Shown: one piece after another, positions 46,627 to 57,228 of the stretch
How the letters are laid out: each line of letters begins with the position of its first letter
How positions within the stretch are numbered: position 1 is the first letter of the stretch
Virus record (IMG/VR): IMGVR_UViG_3300013121_000026
Location: 64,001-128,000 of that record
Origin: a virus
Lineage: Duplodnaviria > Caudoviricetes
DNA length: 64,000 nt
Strand: one strand, 5' to 3'
Translations under genes and position numbers: made by a program
Notes under the pieces: generated by a model
What the model was told of the DNA's origin: nothing
Seen by the model: only the letters and a program-made list of their open reading frames with translations
The model's database searches: none

Positions 46627-48930
46627 ATGTTCCCGGTAAGCCCAGCCGTTATCGTAAGAGAATTTAGTGTAGACACCATCGTTCCGCAGGTAGCCTTAAC
46701 CCCGGCAGTTATTGCTGGCGTGTTTCATTGGGGACCTTTGGAAGAACGAGTTTTAGTTGATTCAGAATCAGCGTTGGTTAATAATTTTTTCAAGCCGTCC
46801 AATCTTAATGCTGAGACATGGTTTTCAGCAGCAAATTATCTATCTTATGGTGGTAATTTGTGGGTTAGTCGTGCAGCAGATACAACTGGATCAGGCAACG
46901 TTGTGCTCAGTTCTGTTACCGCAGTAGTTGGTAACACAACGGTTACAGTAGCATCAACAACTGGAATAACTGCTGGTCAGGTTCTGTACTACTCAAACAA
47001 CGAAAGTTCTGTAAACCCATCATCAAATGGTGCGGTTACTATTGCTTCCATTACCAATGCTACTGCATTTGTGCTTTCAAGCGCACCTGCTGCTAATGCG
47101 ACAGTGACATTAATATTCCGTGATAACATCACATATACTGCGGCAGCGCAGGAAACAGCTACCCCAAATATTAATTGGGCTGGTCAGATTGTTAAGAATG
47201 ACAGTGACTATGAAGATAAGGATGGAACATTCAATGCAGCCAATGAATGGCTAGCTAGATTCCCTGGAAATGTTGGCAATTCACTTAGAATTGCACAATG
47301 TGACTCAGCGGATCAGTTCTCATCAAATACTGATTTAACAGATGGTGTTAATGCTACATCATCAGGATTATCAGCAGAGGTTGGTTCCAACACAATCACA
47401 TTTACATTCGTTCCAACAACTCCTAGTGCAACCAATTCAGTGCAGGCAGCAGCTAATTTAGCTTCTGACGTTAAGGCGAGCTTAAATGTAGGCGATTTAA
47501 TTCAGGTTGGTAATTCAAAAATTAATTATCAGATGTTAACTGTAGCATCCGTTGAAGATCCAGTAACTGGTGGTACTAATACAACTACGTTCACTATTAC
47601 AACAACAGATAACTTTAAGCTGTCTGCTAATGTTACCAATACTAACCTTCAGCGTTATTGGGAATTTTATAACGTTGTCGACAGTACTCCTGGCCAATCA
47701 ACTACTGTTAGAACAACAGGCAATACCTCAGCTAATGATGAATTGCACGTTGTTGTAGTAGATGCTGGTGGTAAGTTTACCGGTGTATGCAATACAGTTC
47801 TGGAAGTTTATAAGAACGTTTCCCGTGCAACTGATGCTAAGGATCCTACCGGGCAGACGTTGTATTACAAAGATGTTATTAATAAACAGTCAAGATATGT
47901 TCGCTGGGCTAATGACAGAAGTGGTGCAGCATCTGCAACCGCAGCTTTAGTAGCTAGCTCAACGCAAACTGAGCCATACAATGTTACATTTGTTGGTGGT
48001 GCAGACGGTGTTGATGAAAGCAGTATTGCAATTTCCGAATTGTCATCTGCATATGATCTATACCTATCACCCGATGATGTAGACATTGGACTTGTTATTA
48101 CTGGCAAGGCGCGTGGTATTCCGGCTAATGCAAATACGCAGCTAGCAAGTTATCTAATTAATAACCTAGCAGAAATTCGCAAGGATTGTGTTGTATTTTG
48201 CTCACCAGACAGAAGCTTCGTTGTTAATAATGTTGGTGAAGAAAGAAATGATCTAGTTGCTGCTAGAAATAGTATGCCATCAACAAGCTATGCATTCCAT
48301 GACAGTGGTTACAAGTATCAATACGATAGATACAATGACGTTTATCGCTGGATTCCACTAAATGGTGATATGGCTGGTCTTGCTGCTAGAACAGACATGA
48401 CTAATGATCCATGGTGGTCATTTGCTGGTCTAACTCGCGGATTTATTAAGAATTGCGTAAAGCTAGCATGGAATCCAAGACAAGCTGACCGTGATGAACT
48501 TTATAAGGCGGGTATCAACAGCGTTATTACCACGAGAGGACAGGGATTCTACTTGTGGGGTGACAAGACAATGTTAACAAAGACTGATCCGTTCGATCAT
48601 ATCAATGTTCGCAGACTGTTTATTGTCCTTGAAAAGGCTATTGCTACTGCCGCTAAGTATTCAATGTTTGAATTCAATGATGATTTCACTAGAGCTCAAT
48701 TTAGAGCAATGGTAAATCCATTCTTGAAGGACGTTCAGGGACGCCGTGGTATCACAAGTTTCTATGTACAATGCGACGGCGATAATAACCCAGGTTCAGT
48801 TATTGATGCTAATCAGTTCAAAGCAGCGATCTTTATTAAGCCTGCTCGTTCAATTAACACAATTGTTCTGGATTTCGTTGCAGTTGGAACGGATGTTTCC
48901 TTCAATGAAATTATCAAAAAATATGGTTAA
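46627..48930 (+). CDS. 18: Tail sheath gp18
   Basis: G.F.WGP, FSAANYL.YG, INVRRLF, FEFND.FTR..F; late promoter 46577-46584. Confidence 0.96.
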   Translation: MFPVSPAVIVREFSVDTIVPQVALTPAVIAGVFHWGPLEERVLVDSESALVNNFFKPSNLNAETWFSAANYLSYGGNLWVSRAADTTGSGNVVLSSVTAVVGNTTVTVASTTGITAGQVLYYSNNESSVNPSSNGAVTIASITNATAFVLSSAPAANATVTLIFRDNITYTAAAQETATPNINWAGQIVKNDSDYEDKDGTFNAANEWLARFPGNVGNSLRIAQCDSADQFSSNTDLTDGVNATSSGLSAEVGSNTITFTFVPTTPSATNSVQAAANLASDVKASLNVGDLIQVGNSKINYQMLTVASVEDPVTGGTNTTTFTITTTDNFKLSANVTNTNLQRYWEFYNVVDSTPGQSTTVRTTGNTSANDELHVVVVDAGGKFTGVCNTVLEVYKNVSRATDAKDPTGQTLYYKDVINKQSRYVRWANDRSGAASATAALVASSTQTEPYNVTFVGGADGVDESSIAISELSSAYDLYLSPDDVDIGLVITGKARGIPANANTQLASYLINNLAEIRKDCVVFCSPDRSFVVNNVGEERNDLVAARNSMPSTSYAFHDSGYKYQYDRYNDVYRWIPLNGDMAGLAARTDMTNDPWWSFAGLTRGFIKNCVKLAWNPRQADRDELYKAGINSVITTRGQGFYLWGDKTMLTKTDPFDHINVRRLFIVLEKAIATAAKYSMFEFNDDFTRAQFRAMVNPFLKDVQGRRGITSFYVQCDGDNNPGSVIDANQFKAAIFIKPARSINTIVLDFVAVGTDVSFNEIIKKYG

Positions 48931-48945
48931 AATGTTATATTAACT

Positions 48946-48983
48946 TATAAATACTCCTAGTAAGTCAAAAACTAGGAGTATTT
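48946..48983 (+). promoter_or_regulatory. Late promoter overlapping a 13 bp SD-sequestering hairpin
   Basis: TATAAATA 48946-48953; aaatactcctagt / actaggagtattt. Confidence 0.8.
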
Positions 48984-48984
48984 T

Positions 48985-49821
48985 ATGGAATATGGTTTTG
49001 TTTATATTTGGTTCGATAAGAAACACAAACGTTATTATATAGGATCACATTGGGGTGACATAGATGATGGTTATATTTGTAGTTCAAATTGGATGAAAGA
49101 TGCATATAGAAAACATCCTGAAACATTTAAGCGCAGAGTATTGACTTTAGTTTATACAAACAGAACAGATTTATTTGATGCAGAAAAAAGATGGTTAAGT
49201 TTTATTAAAAAAGAAGAAATAAGAAAAAGATATTATAATTTAAATATTTTTGGATCTGCTCCAAGATGGTTATTAAATAAAAATAAAGCTCAAACTACTG
49301 CTCAAAAAATTTCCAATACACTAACGGGCAGAAGTGTTTCTACGCAAGTAAAACAAAACTTATTAAATTATGCAAAAAGAGATAAATCTGAAGAGTGGCG
49401 AAATAAAATCGGAATTGCTAATAAAGGAAAAAGACGCTCTAATAAATTTAAAAATGAAATTAGCTGTAGAAGAAAATCAACAAAACTTTGGAATAATGGA
49501 AGCATAGCAAAATTTTGCATTGAATCGCCAGGAGCAAATTGAGTATTAGGAAGATTAAAAAATCATTCTCCGGAATGGAGAAAAAATCATAGCCAAACTA
49601 TGAAGGGCAAGAAGGTTTGGAATAACGGCGTTAAAAACAAATATTCAAATGATAAACCAGGAGCAAACTGGGTATTAGGAAGACTATCTTTTTCAGATGA
49701 ATATAAAGAAAAATTAAGTTTAGCAAAAAGAAATAAAAAAATTTGGAATAATGGTATTAAAAATAAATATTCATCAGAACCTTTAGGTAGTGAGTGGGTT
49801 TTAGGAAGATTAAAAAAATAA
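48985..49821 (+). pseudogene. GIY-YIG homing endonuclease interrupted by in-frame TGA (49540-49542)
   Basis: GFVYIW...YYIGSH.G...DGYICSS; downstream ORF in same frame; PGAN*VLGRL versus PGANWVLGRL. Confidence 0.8.
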
Positions 49822-49864
49822 ATACTATAAATAATATTGAAAACGTTTAAAGGAGAAAAAACAT

Positions 49865-50473
49865 ATGGCATTTAATATAGCGACATTTAAGGCAAATGCG
49901 CTTTTAGAGCAAGGCGCAAGACCTTCGCTATTTTCTGTTAGAATTCCTTCATTGCCCCCAGGTGTTTTTGATGCCAAGGAACAAGTTGAACTTTCAGTAT
50001 TAGCAAGTTCCCTGCCATCCTCAATTGTAGAACAAATTGAAATTCCATACATGGGTCGCCGTATTAAAACATTTGGCGAAAGAGTGTTCGAAAATTGGAG
50101 AGTAACAGTATACAACGACGAAAGCTTCGAAGTTAGAAATATGTTTGAGTCATGGTCAAACAAGATTAATATGCATGTTTCTAATCGTTATGACTCAAGT
50201 TCAAACCAGGGTAACCTTGGAGATTTTAAGGTCGATAACGTAGAGGTTCTACAATACGGTAAAGCTGGTCCTGGTGATGATAGTGGTGTTATTAGATCAT
50301 ACATTTTTTATGGTCTGTGGCCAACTCAGATTAGCAGCATTGACCTTAATTGGGGTCAGACTAATCAGCTTGAAATGTTTGACGTGGTGTTTTCTGCAGA
50401 TTATTGGATTCCTGGAATCGTTAAGGACGGATATCAAGCGGATATTGATTACCAAGTACCTGCTTCTTTCTAA
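49865..50473 (+). CDS. 19: Tail tube gp19
   Basis: GARP.LF.V, LP.S....I..PY.GR..K..G.R.F..W.VT, WP...S.I.L.W; late promoter 49826-49833. Confidence 0.95.
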   Translation: MAFNIATFKANALLEQGARPSLFSVRIPSLPPGVFDAKEQVELSVLASSLPSSIVEQIEIPYMGRRIKTFGERVFENWRVTVYNDESFEVRNMFESWSNKINMHVSNRYDSSSNQGNLGDFKVDNVEVLQYGKAGPGDDSGVIRSYIFYGLWPTQISSIDLNWGQTNQLEMFDVVFSADYWIPGIVKDGYQADIDYQVPASF

Positions 50474-50488
50474 AAAAGAGTAGTTATA

Positions 50489-52219
50489 ATGGCTGAATTT
50501 GACTTAATGAATAATATGTTTGGGTGGTTCTTTAAGAAGGAACCGAATAAGGACATAGAACCACCCTCATTTGCCCCTAAAGAAACCGATGACGGTTCAA
50601 TTCAAACTATTGCTGCTGGTGGATCTTATGGCGTAGCTATTGATCTTGACGGCACGGTACGAACTGATAATGAACTAATCACTCGTTATCGTGAAATGTC
50701 ATTGACTCCTGAGTGTGACATGGCAATTGACGAAATTACCAATGAATCAATCGAAGTAGAAGAAGATGACCCAATTGATATCATCCTAGATGACATTGAA
50801 AATCTACAAGGTGGGTCTAAGAAAGTAATTACAGAGTCATTCAAGGAAATATTAGAACTTTTAAACTTCAAGCAGAATGGTTATGATCTGTTTAGACGAT
50901 GGTATATAGATGGTCGTTTGTATTTCCATGTAATTATTAATGATAAGAATCCTGCCGAGGGAATACAAGAATTACGCCTAATTGATCCACGTAAAATCAA
51001 GAAAATTCGTGAAGTAAAGAAAAAGATTCCTCTCAAGGGATTAGCTGGATTATCAACTGATGGTGCTCTAACACAAACAACACAGGAATATTTTGTGTTT
51101 TCCGATAAGGGATTTTATATGGGCAACCAGAACAATCCTGCTTCTACAGTTACAACAGGTCTCAAAATTAGCAAAGATGCAATCCTCTATACAACTAGTG
51201 GGTTAACTAATGCAGCGGGTACAACAGTATTATCTTACTTGCATAAGGCAATTAAGCCTCTCAATCAGTTAAGAATATTAGAAGACGCGTCATTAATTTA
51301 TCGTCTTTCTAGAGCGCCAGAACGTCGAATTTGGTACATTGACGTGGGTAACCTGCCTAAACTTAAAGCTGAGCAATACCTTCGTGAAATGATGACCAAG
51401 CATAAGAACAAGCTGGTTTATGATGCTACATCAGGAGAAATTACCGACTCCAGAAAATTCATGACAATTATGGAAGATTACTGGCTACCACGACGTGATG
51501 GTCGTGGTACTGAAGTTGATACATTGCCAGCCGGTCAAGCATTTCAGATCGATGACATTGAGTTGTTCCAAAAGAAGTTATTAAATTCGTTGCATGTTCC
51601 TTTCAATAGATTAAATCCGGATATGCCATTTATGGGGTCGGGAACTGCTACTGAAATTTCTCGTGATGAAGTTAGATTTGGCAAGTTCATTCAACGTCTG
51701 AGAAATAGATTCTCTCAGGTATTTACCAAGGCATTAGGCAAACACCTAGTTCTCAAAGGTTTGATTACTCTAGAAGAATGGGAACAAATTTCTAAAAAAA
51801 TCAGATATCGTTTTGCTAAGGATAACTTCTTTGTTGAAGCAAAGAACTCCCAGGTAATTCAAGGAAGAATGCAAACTGCACAATTAATAATGCCTTTAGT
51901 TGGGCGCTATTACAGCAATACTTGGGTGCGTAAAAACATTCTTAAGCAGAGTGATGATGAAATTGAAGAAAATGATATGGAAATTCGTGAGGAAATGGAC
52001 GATCCAATTTTGACTCAGGGAACTCAGATGTTAATGGCGCAGGAGTTTGAAATGCAACAAAATCCACCGCCGCCTCAAGAAGAAGCACCAGAAGAAGATA
52101 AAGGTCAGAGTAAGACGCAGCTACAACATGAAAAAGGACGCCTGGAAAAATTAAATAAGCGAGGACCTAGTGATACTGAAAAGCTGAGAAGTGTTAGTCA
52201 AAAACTAGCTAAACGTTGA
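50489..52219 (+). CDS. 20: Portal protein gp20
   Basis: WY.DGR, SYLHKAIKP.NQLR..ED, RAPERRI.YIDVGN, EDYWLPRR. Confidence 0.97.
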   Translation: MAEFDLMNNMFGWFFKKEPNKDIEPPSFAPKETDDGSIQTIAAGGSYGVAIDLDGTVRTDNELITRYREMSLTPECDMAIDEITNESIEVEEDDPIDIILDDIENLQGGSKKVITESFKEILELLNFKQNGYDLFRRWYIDGRLYFHVIINDKNPAEGIQELRLIDPRKIKKIREVKKKIPLKGLAGLSTDGALTQTTQEYFVFSDKGFYMGNQNNPASTVTTGLKISKDAILYTTSGLTNAAGTTVLSYLHKAIKPLNQLRILEDASLIYRLSRAPERRIWYIDVGNLPKLKAEQYLREMMTKHKNKLVYDATSGEITDSRKFMTIMEDYWLPRRDGRGTEVDTLPAGQAFQIDDIELFQKKLLNSLHVPFNRLNPDMPFMGSGTATEISRDEVRFGKFIQRLRNRFSQVFTKALGKHLVLKGLITLEEWEQISKKIRYRFAKDNFFVEAKNSQVIQGRMQTAQLIMPLVGRYYSNTWVRKNILKQSDDEIEENDMEIREEMDDPILTQGTQMLMAQEFEMQQNPPPPQEEAPEEDKGQSKTQLQHEKGRLEKLNKRGPSDTEKLRSVSQKLAKR

Positions 52220-52259
52220 TAAATTATAAATATAATAAAGAATTAACAAGGAACCGGTT

Positions 52260-53675
52260 ATGGCAGACAAAGATCAATTAAATGAAATTTCTAAATTAAA
52301 AGCAATGAAGTATCTTATTAAAAATGCCGGTGAAGATCCAAACCGTGCAGCATCCAATGAAACAAATCCTAAAGATCGACGATCATTTGATAAAAAGTAT
52401 AATAGAGCGCTTGGAAGAATTAGAGCAGAAAAGATATTAGCTAAAGAGCAAGAACAGCTTGATGAAGGTAAAATTAAAAACCCCATGCACAAAAAGCTAA
52501 TCAAGCAGGGTTGGAAGCATAACTATACTCCGAGACACGTAGAAGACTACGGTGACAGTGAAACGGGACCAATGATTTCTTATGTCCCACCACTTCATTC
52601 GTATACACGAAAAGGTTCAAACAAGACACATCATATTGATGGAGATAAGTTTGAACATCAGGTAGAGAAAAATTTTAAATATCCACGCGGGATGGCATCA
52701 GCAACAAGACCAATGTCTAAGGCAGAAAAAAGATATTGGGCGTCTCAAAAGCCTGGAATGAATGAAGAACAGCTAGATGAAGGTGTTTATCTAGATAAAC
52801 ACCCGTGGAATGGTGGTGATGTTACTCATCGTTCTTCGGGGAAGAAAGGTAAGGTTTCTTATGTAACTAAGGAACCCACATTTTCACAAATGGTTCCTTA
52901 TAGAACGATGTTTGGTGTTAAATGGGAAGATGGAACATCTTCCGAACACAAAAAAGAACAGCTTAAAAAAATAAAATCTGTAAACGAGGAAACGCAGGAT
53001 ATGCCAATTAAAGAATTAATTGTAACAGCACTTGAAGAAACTCCAAGTGATTTTATCGAAACCTTTGATCAAGCAATGCGTGAACGCATTCTTGACAGAA
53101 TCGAAAACGCTAAGTTTGAGACTGCTATTAATATGTTCGGTGATCCAGAAGAAGTAAACGAAGAACGAAATGGCAGAGTAAAACTTCATTACCCCGAACA
53201 TCAACGCAATAATAGTTTTGGAAAAGCATTTCACGGTAAACGTGGAACAATCGTAGGTAAAGAAGGCAAACAGTATCGAGTGGTATTAGATGAACCAGTA
53301 CACTTCGATGACGTTGGAAAAGTAGAGGATGATCTTTGGGATTCTTCTTACCTTAAGCGTATTAGAGAAGAAGAACAACTTGATGAAGTTTCTAAAGGTT
53401 TACTTGGTAGATACATGAAAAAAGCAGGAAAACATATCGAGCGCCTAGATAAAAGATATGATGATCTAAACGATCGATATTGGGCAGCACCACAGGATTC
53501 TAAGAAGCGTGAATCTATTGATAAAAAGATCGATGCTAATGATAAATTATCAAATAAAAGAGGAGATGGTCGAAGATTAGCTCATGCTAAAGTTTATGGA
53601 TCATATATGCTTGATAAGCATTTAAATAGATATAATGCAAAAGTAATGGCTAGCGAGGAAACCAATGAGTCTTAA
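52260..53675 (+). CDS. Prohead core / internal polyprotein with gp67-like segment and repeated QLDE sites
   Basis: Between 20 and 21; DQLNE, three EQLDE, two VNEE; late promoter 52225-52232. Confidence 0.6.
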   Translation: MADKDQLNEISKLKAMKYLIKNAGEDPNRAASNETNPKDRRSFDKKYNRALGRIRAEKILAKEQEQLDEGKIKNPMHKKLIKQGWKHNYTPRHVEDYGDSETGPMISYVPPLHSYTRKGSNKTHHIDGDKFEHQVEKNFKYPRGMASATRPMSKAEKRYWASQKPGMNEEQLDEGVYLDKHPWNGGDVTHRSSGKKGKVSYVTKEPTFSQMVPYRTMFGVKWEDGTSSEHKKEQLKKIKSVNEETQDMPIKELIVTALEETPSDFIETFDQAMRERILDRIENAKFETAINMFGDPEEVNEERNGRVKLHYPEHQRNNSFGKAFHGKRGTIVGKEGKQYRVVLDEPVHFDDVGKVEDDLWDSSYLKRIREEEQLDEVSKGLLGRYMKKAGKHIERLDKRYDDLNDRYWAAPQDSKKRESIDKKIDANDKLSNKRGDGRRLAHAKVYGSYMLDKHLNRYNAKVMASEETNES

Positions 53676-53919
53676 TCTAAAACTTCTTGGAACAGAAATT
53701 TCAATCTCGTCTGCTAATACGGTTTCTACTGCAAAGTTAGTTAGAGTGTTCAATTCTAACACAACCGCTCCTCAAGTTATTACTATAAAGAATGGTAGTG
53801 GCTCAACAATTGCAAACGTAACAATTGCGCCACTAACAGCAGTATTTGTTAATAAAGAACCAACGGATACAGTGGCAGGATCTGACCTGCTTGCGGTATC
53901 CGTCGCGTTCACACATTAA
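53665..53919 (+). CDS. Small beta-rich head-module protein
   Basis: 84 aa between core protein and gp21. Confidence 0.55.
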   Translation: MSLNLKLLGTEISISSANTVSTAKLVRVFNSNTTAPQVITIKNGSGSTIANVTIAPLTAVFVNKEPTDTVAGSDLLAVSVAFTH

Positions 53920-53929
53920 GGAATATTAA

Positions 53930-54583
53930 ATGCGTCTAATATCAGAATACATTGAAAATCCAGTTAAATTAATAACTGAAACCACTGAGGAAGGCAAGAA
54001 GCAATACATTACGGGTCCATTTCTTCAGGCAGAAGTTGTTAATAGAAACAAGCGCATCTATCCAGTTAATATTTTGGAAAACGAAGTTAAACGCTTCACC
54101 GAAAGCCATATTAAACGCAATTGTGCATATGGTGAACTTGGTCATCCGCCAACGCCAAATGTTAATCTAGACCGTCTAGCTATTCATATTAAAGAATTAG
54201 TCAAGGAAGGAAACACTTTTACCGGTAAGGCACTAATTGCAAGTACTCCAATGGGCGATATTGTTCGTGGATTATTAAAAGATGGTGCTACGCTTGGCGT
54301 TTCTTCAAGAGCACTTGGATCACTAAAGCCCATCCAAGAAGGAATCAATCAGGTTCAGGAGGATCTGCGTTTATTAGCTATCGACGTAGTTAGCGATCCA
54401 TCAGCGCCAGATGCATATGTTAATGGCATTTTTGAAGGCAAAGAATACATCTGGGATAATGCCAATGATCGTTTTGTTGAGCAGCAATTAACAGCGGTTA
54501 AAACAATGTCAGTTGAACAGATTGAAGCAAGCAAACTAAAGTTGTTTGAGAACTTTATTAACTCAATCGTTAAAGTACGTTAA
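53930..54583 (+). CDS. 21: Prohead protease gp21
   Basis: G.F.QA...NRN.R.YP, GEL.HP, GVSSR..GS, DVV.DPS.P.A. Confidence 0.96.
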   Translation: MRLISEYIENPVKLITETTEEGKKQYITGPFLQAEVVNRNKRIYPVNILENEVKRFTESHIKRNCAYGELGHPPTPNVNLDRLAIHIKELVKEGNTFTGKALIASTPMGDIVRGLLKDGATLGVSSRALGSLKPIQEGINQVQEDLRLLAIDVVSDPSAPDAYVNGIFEGKEYIWDNANDRFVEQQLTAVKTMSVEQIEASKLKLFENFINSIVKVR

Positions 54584-54626
54584 TTTATAAATATATAGAA
54601 GAATTTTAATAAGAGGATATCACTTA

Positions 54627-55670
54627 ATGACAAAAAGAATTAAGAAACTTATGGAAGAAAACGCTCAGGTAGAAGATACCTCTCCTGATGTTACGGAAAT
54701 TGATCAGGATGATGAAACTGTTGATGAATCAGTTGGTTCAGACTCGCTTAGACCAGGTTCCAGAGCAGTTGACGACCCCAAGTCAAAGTTTCAGGTAATT
54801 GCATCAGCGATTGGAGCATTAGCTCAGGTCGATACAACTTCATTAACAAAGTTTTATGACGAGATGATGGCTCTTATCGGTCATGAAGCTGATCCTATTG
54901 CAAGCGGTACATCTGCAAAGAATGCAGCAACTATTGCAATGAAGGAAGAATTTAATAAGTTGTTTGAAGGCGACGAAACATTCACCGAAGACTTCAAGAA
55001 GAAGGCATTTACCCTGTTTGAAGCAGCAGTTGAGACTCGCGTAGCTCTTAATACTGCTGAAATCGAAGATCAGCTAGCAGAAGAATACACTGAATTGCTT
55101 AGCCAAGAAATTGAAGCAATTGAGGAAGGCGTTAGCGAGTATCTTGATTATGCTGCAGACACCTGGATGGAAGATAACAAGTTAGTTGTTGAAAATTCAT
55201 TGCGCTCAGAAATCACCGAAGACTTTATTAAGGGTCTAAAGGATCTATTTGAACAGCATTACATCGATATTCCAGACGAGTCAGTAGACATTGTCGAAAG
55301 CCTTTCGGAGAAAGTTGAATTGCTTGAAGCAAGACTAAATGAGCTTATCAGCGAAAATGCTGAATTAACAGACATTATCGAACAGGAAACACTTAATAAC
55401 ATTGTCGAAGATACTTGCAAGGGATTAACTCTTGTAGAGCAGGACAAGCTTCGCTCATTAGCAGAAACGATCTCATACGAAAGCAGAGAAGATTTTGCTA
55501 GCAAGCTTCAGACAATCAAAGAATCTCAGGTAATTAAGGGCAAGACCTCAGCACTTAATGAGCAGCTTGAGGAAGTCAACGAAGATAACAAAGAAGAAAA
55601 GAAGATTGTTACTTCGCCTGAAATGAAGAACTACGTTGATGCTATCGCTCGTTCTGTAAAGACGAGTTAA
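54627..55670 (+). CDS. 22: Prohead scaffold gp22
   Basis: FK.KA..LFEAA, YL.Y....W..N, F..GLK.LF..H; late promoter 54586-54593. Confidence 0.92.
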   Translation: MTKRIKKLMEENAQVEDTSPDVTEIDQDDETVDESVGSDSLRPGSRAVDDPKSKFQVIASAIGALAQVDTTSLTKFYDEMMALIGHEADPIASGTSAKNAATIAMKEEFNKLFEGDETFTEDFKKKAFTLFEAAVETRVALNTAEIEDQLAEEYTELLSQEIEAIEEGVSEYLDYAADTWMEDNKLVVENSLRSEITEDFIKGLKDLFEQHYIDIPDESVDIVESLSEKVELLEARLNELISENAELTDIIEQETLNNIVEDTCKGLTLVEQDKLRSLAETISYESREDFASKLQTIKESQVIKGKTSALNEQLEEVNEDNKEEKKIVTSPEMKNYVDAIARSVKTS

Positions 55671-55727
55671 AGTACAGTAAATTATAAATAATAATAACTT
55701 AGAAAATAAGTAAGGAGAAAAAAATAA

Positions 55728-57131
55728 ATGTTTAATGGGGAATTGCAAAATAGATGGAAGGAAGTTCTTGATCACGAAGCACTTCCTCAGATTACAGAAA
55801 ATCAGCGCCGTAAGGTAACTGCTCAGGTTCTTGAAAATACTGTCCGTGAACTAGGTCAGTACAAGGATGGATCACAGCAGTTGTTTGAAGCTGCTCCTAC
55901 CAACAGTATGGGCGCATCAAGTTCAACGGCAGGTGCTGGTCCAATCGATACATTCGACCCAGTATTAGTTAGCTTAGTTCGTCGTGCAATGCCAAACTTG
56001 GTTGCATACGATCTTTGCGGTGTTCAGGCAATGACTGGTCCGACCGGACTTATCTTTGCAATGCGCGCCCGTTATGATTCACAGACAGGACGTGAAGCGT
56101 TCTATTGGGAAGCAAATACTGGTCATTCAGCACGTGGTGGTTCAAATACCACAGCAGAAAATGCTGGATACTCAAGTGGTAACACTCAAGTTGGTGGTGG
56201 TGCTAACAACGTTGGTTCTAACACAACCTATGGTGTTCCCGGATCTTCTAACAACGCTGGTAACTCAACTTACAACTATGCTGGTGGTTTCAACCGTGCA
56301 ACAGCAGAAGGTCTTGGTGGTAACACTACAGCGATCTTCCCAGAAATGGCAATGTCAATCGAAAAGATTGAAGTTGCTGCTAGATCACGTGGCCTAAAGG
56401 CAGAATACAGCATGGAAATCGCGCAGGACATGAAGGCGATTCATGGACTTGAAATTGAGCAGGAACTTTCAAACATTCTTTCTACGGAAATTCTTGCAGA
56501 AATCAATCGCGAAATTGTTCATGCTATTAACGTAACTGCTAAGAGTGGTTCACAGACTGACGTAACAGCAGCAGGAACATTCGACCTTGACGTTGATGCT
56601 AACGGACGTTGGTTAGAAGAAAAGTTCAAGGGCATGTACTTCCAGCTTTCAAGAGAAGCTAACCAGATTGCTAAGGATACACGTCGTGGACTTGGTAACG
56701 TAATGATCTGCTCCGCAGACGTTGCAAGTGCATTGTCAATGGCAGGTGTTCTAAGCTATGCTCCAAGACTTAACAACAGTCTCCAGGTAGATGACACAGG
56801 TAATACTTTTGCTGGTGTTCTAAGCAATGGCATTAAGGTCTATATCGACCCATACGCTATTGGTGGTAACTATTGGACAGTTGGTTATAAGGGTGCAAAT
56901 GCTTATGACGCGGGTATTATCTACTGCCCATACGTACCGCTACAGATGGTTCGTGCAGTTGATCCTAACACCTTTAACCCAAAGATTGGCTTCAAGACCA
57001 GATATGGCATTGTTGCTAATCCGTATGCTGATGGTGGTGTCAGCACTGGAACAACAGGCGCTGGATATGGCGCACTGAAGCAAGACGCGAATCTCTACTA
57101 TCGCAGAAGCGTGGTAGCACATCTCGGCTGA
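55728..57131 (+). CDS. 23: Major capsid protein gp23
   Basis: DP.L..LVRR..P.L.AYD.CGVQ.M..PTGLIFA, EI..EINRE, YCPYVPL, GFKTRYG; late promoter 55683-55690. Confidence 0.98.
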   Translation: MFNGELQNRWKEVLDHEALPQITENQRRKVTAQVLENTVRELGQYKDGSQQLFEAAPTNSMGASSSTAGAGPIDTFDPVLVSLVRRAMPNLVAYDLCGVQAMTGPTGLIFAMRARYDSQTGREAFYWEANTGHSARGGSNTTAENAGYSSGNTQVGGGANNVGSNTTYGVPGSSNNAGNSTYNYAGGFNRATAEGLGGNTTAIFPEMAMSIEKIEVAARSRGLKAEYSMEIAQDMKAIHGLEIEQELSNILSTEILAEINREIVHAINVTAKSGSQTDVTAAGTFDLDVDANGRWLEEKFKGMYFQLSREANQIAKDTRRGLGNVMICSADVASALSMAGVLSYAPRLNNSLQVDDTGNTFAGVLSNGIKVYIDPYAIGGNYWTVGYKGANAYDAGIIYCPYVPLQMVRAVDPNTFNPKIGFKTRYGIVANPYADGGVSTGTTGAGYGALKQDANLYYRRSVVAHLG

Positions 57132-57147
57132 TAAATAAACAATAACG

Positions 57148-57180
57148 AATAAACGGGAGACTGTCTCCCGTTTATTTTTA
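57148..57180 (+). terminator. Intrinsic terminator after gene 23
   Basis: aataaacgggagac-t-gtctcccgtttatt plus T run. Confidence 0.8.
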
Positions 57181-57228
57181 ATCTAAATTAAGCAAAGTGT
57201 ATAACAATTATTCAACAGTAACAATTTA

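Noticed and set aside
49540-49542. Genome-wide TGA=Trp recoding
   Set aside because: Core genes (13, 20, 23, uvsY) end in TGA at expected positions and long genes are intact in the standard code.
44154-57131. Introns or inteins in genes 17, 18, 20, 23
   Set aside because: ORFs are continuous with no intein motifs; endonucleases are intergenic.
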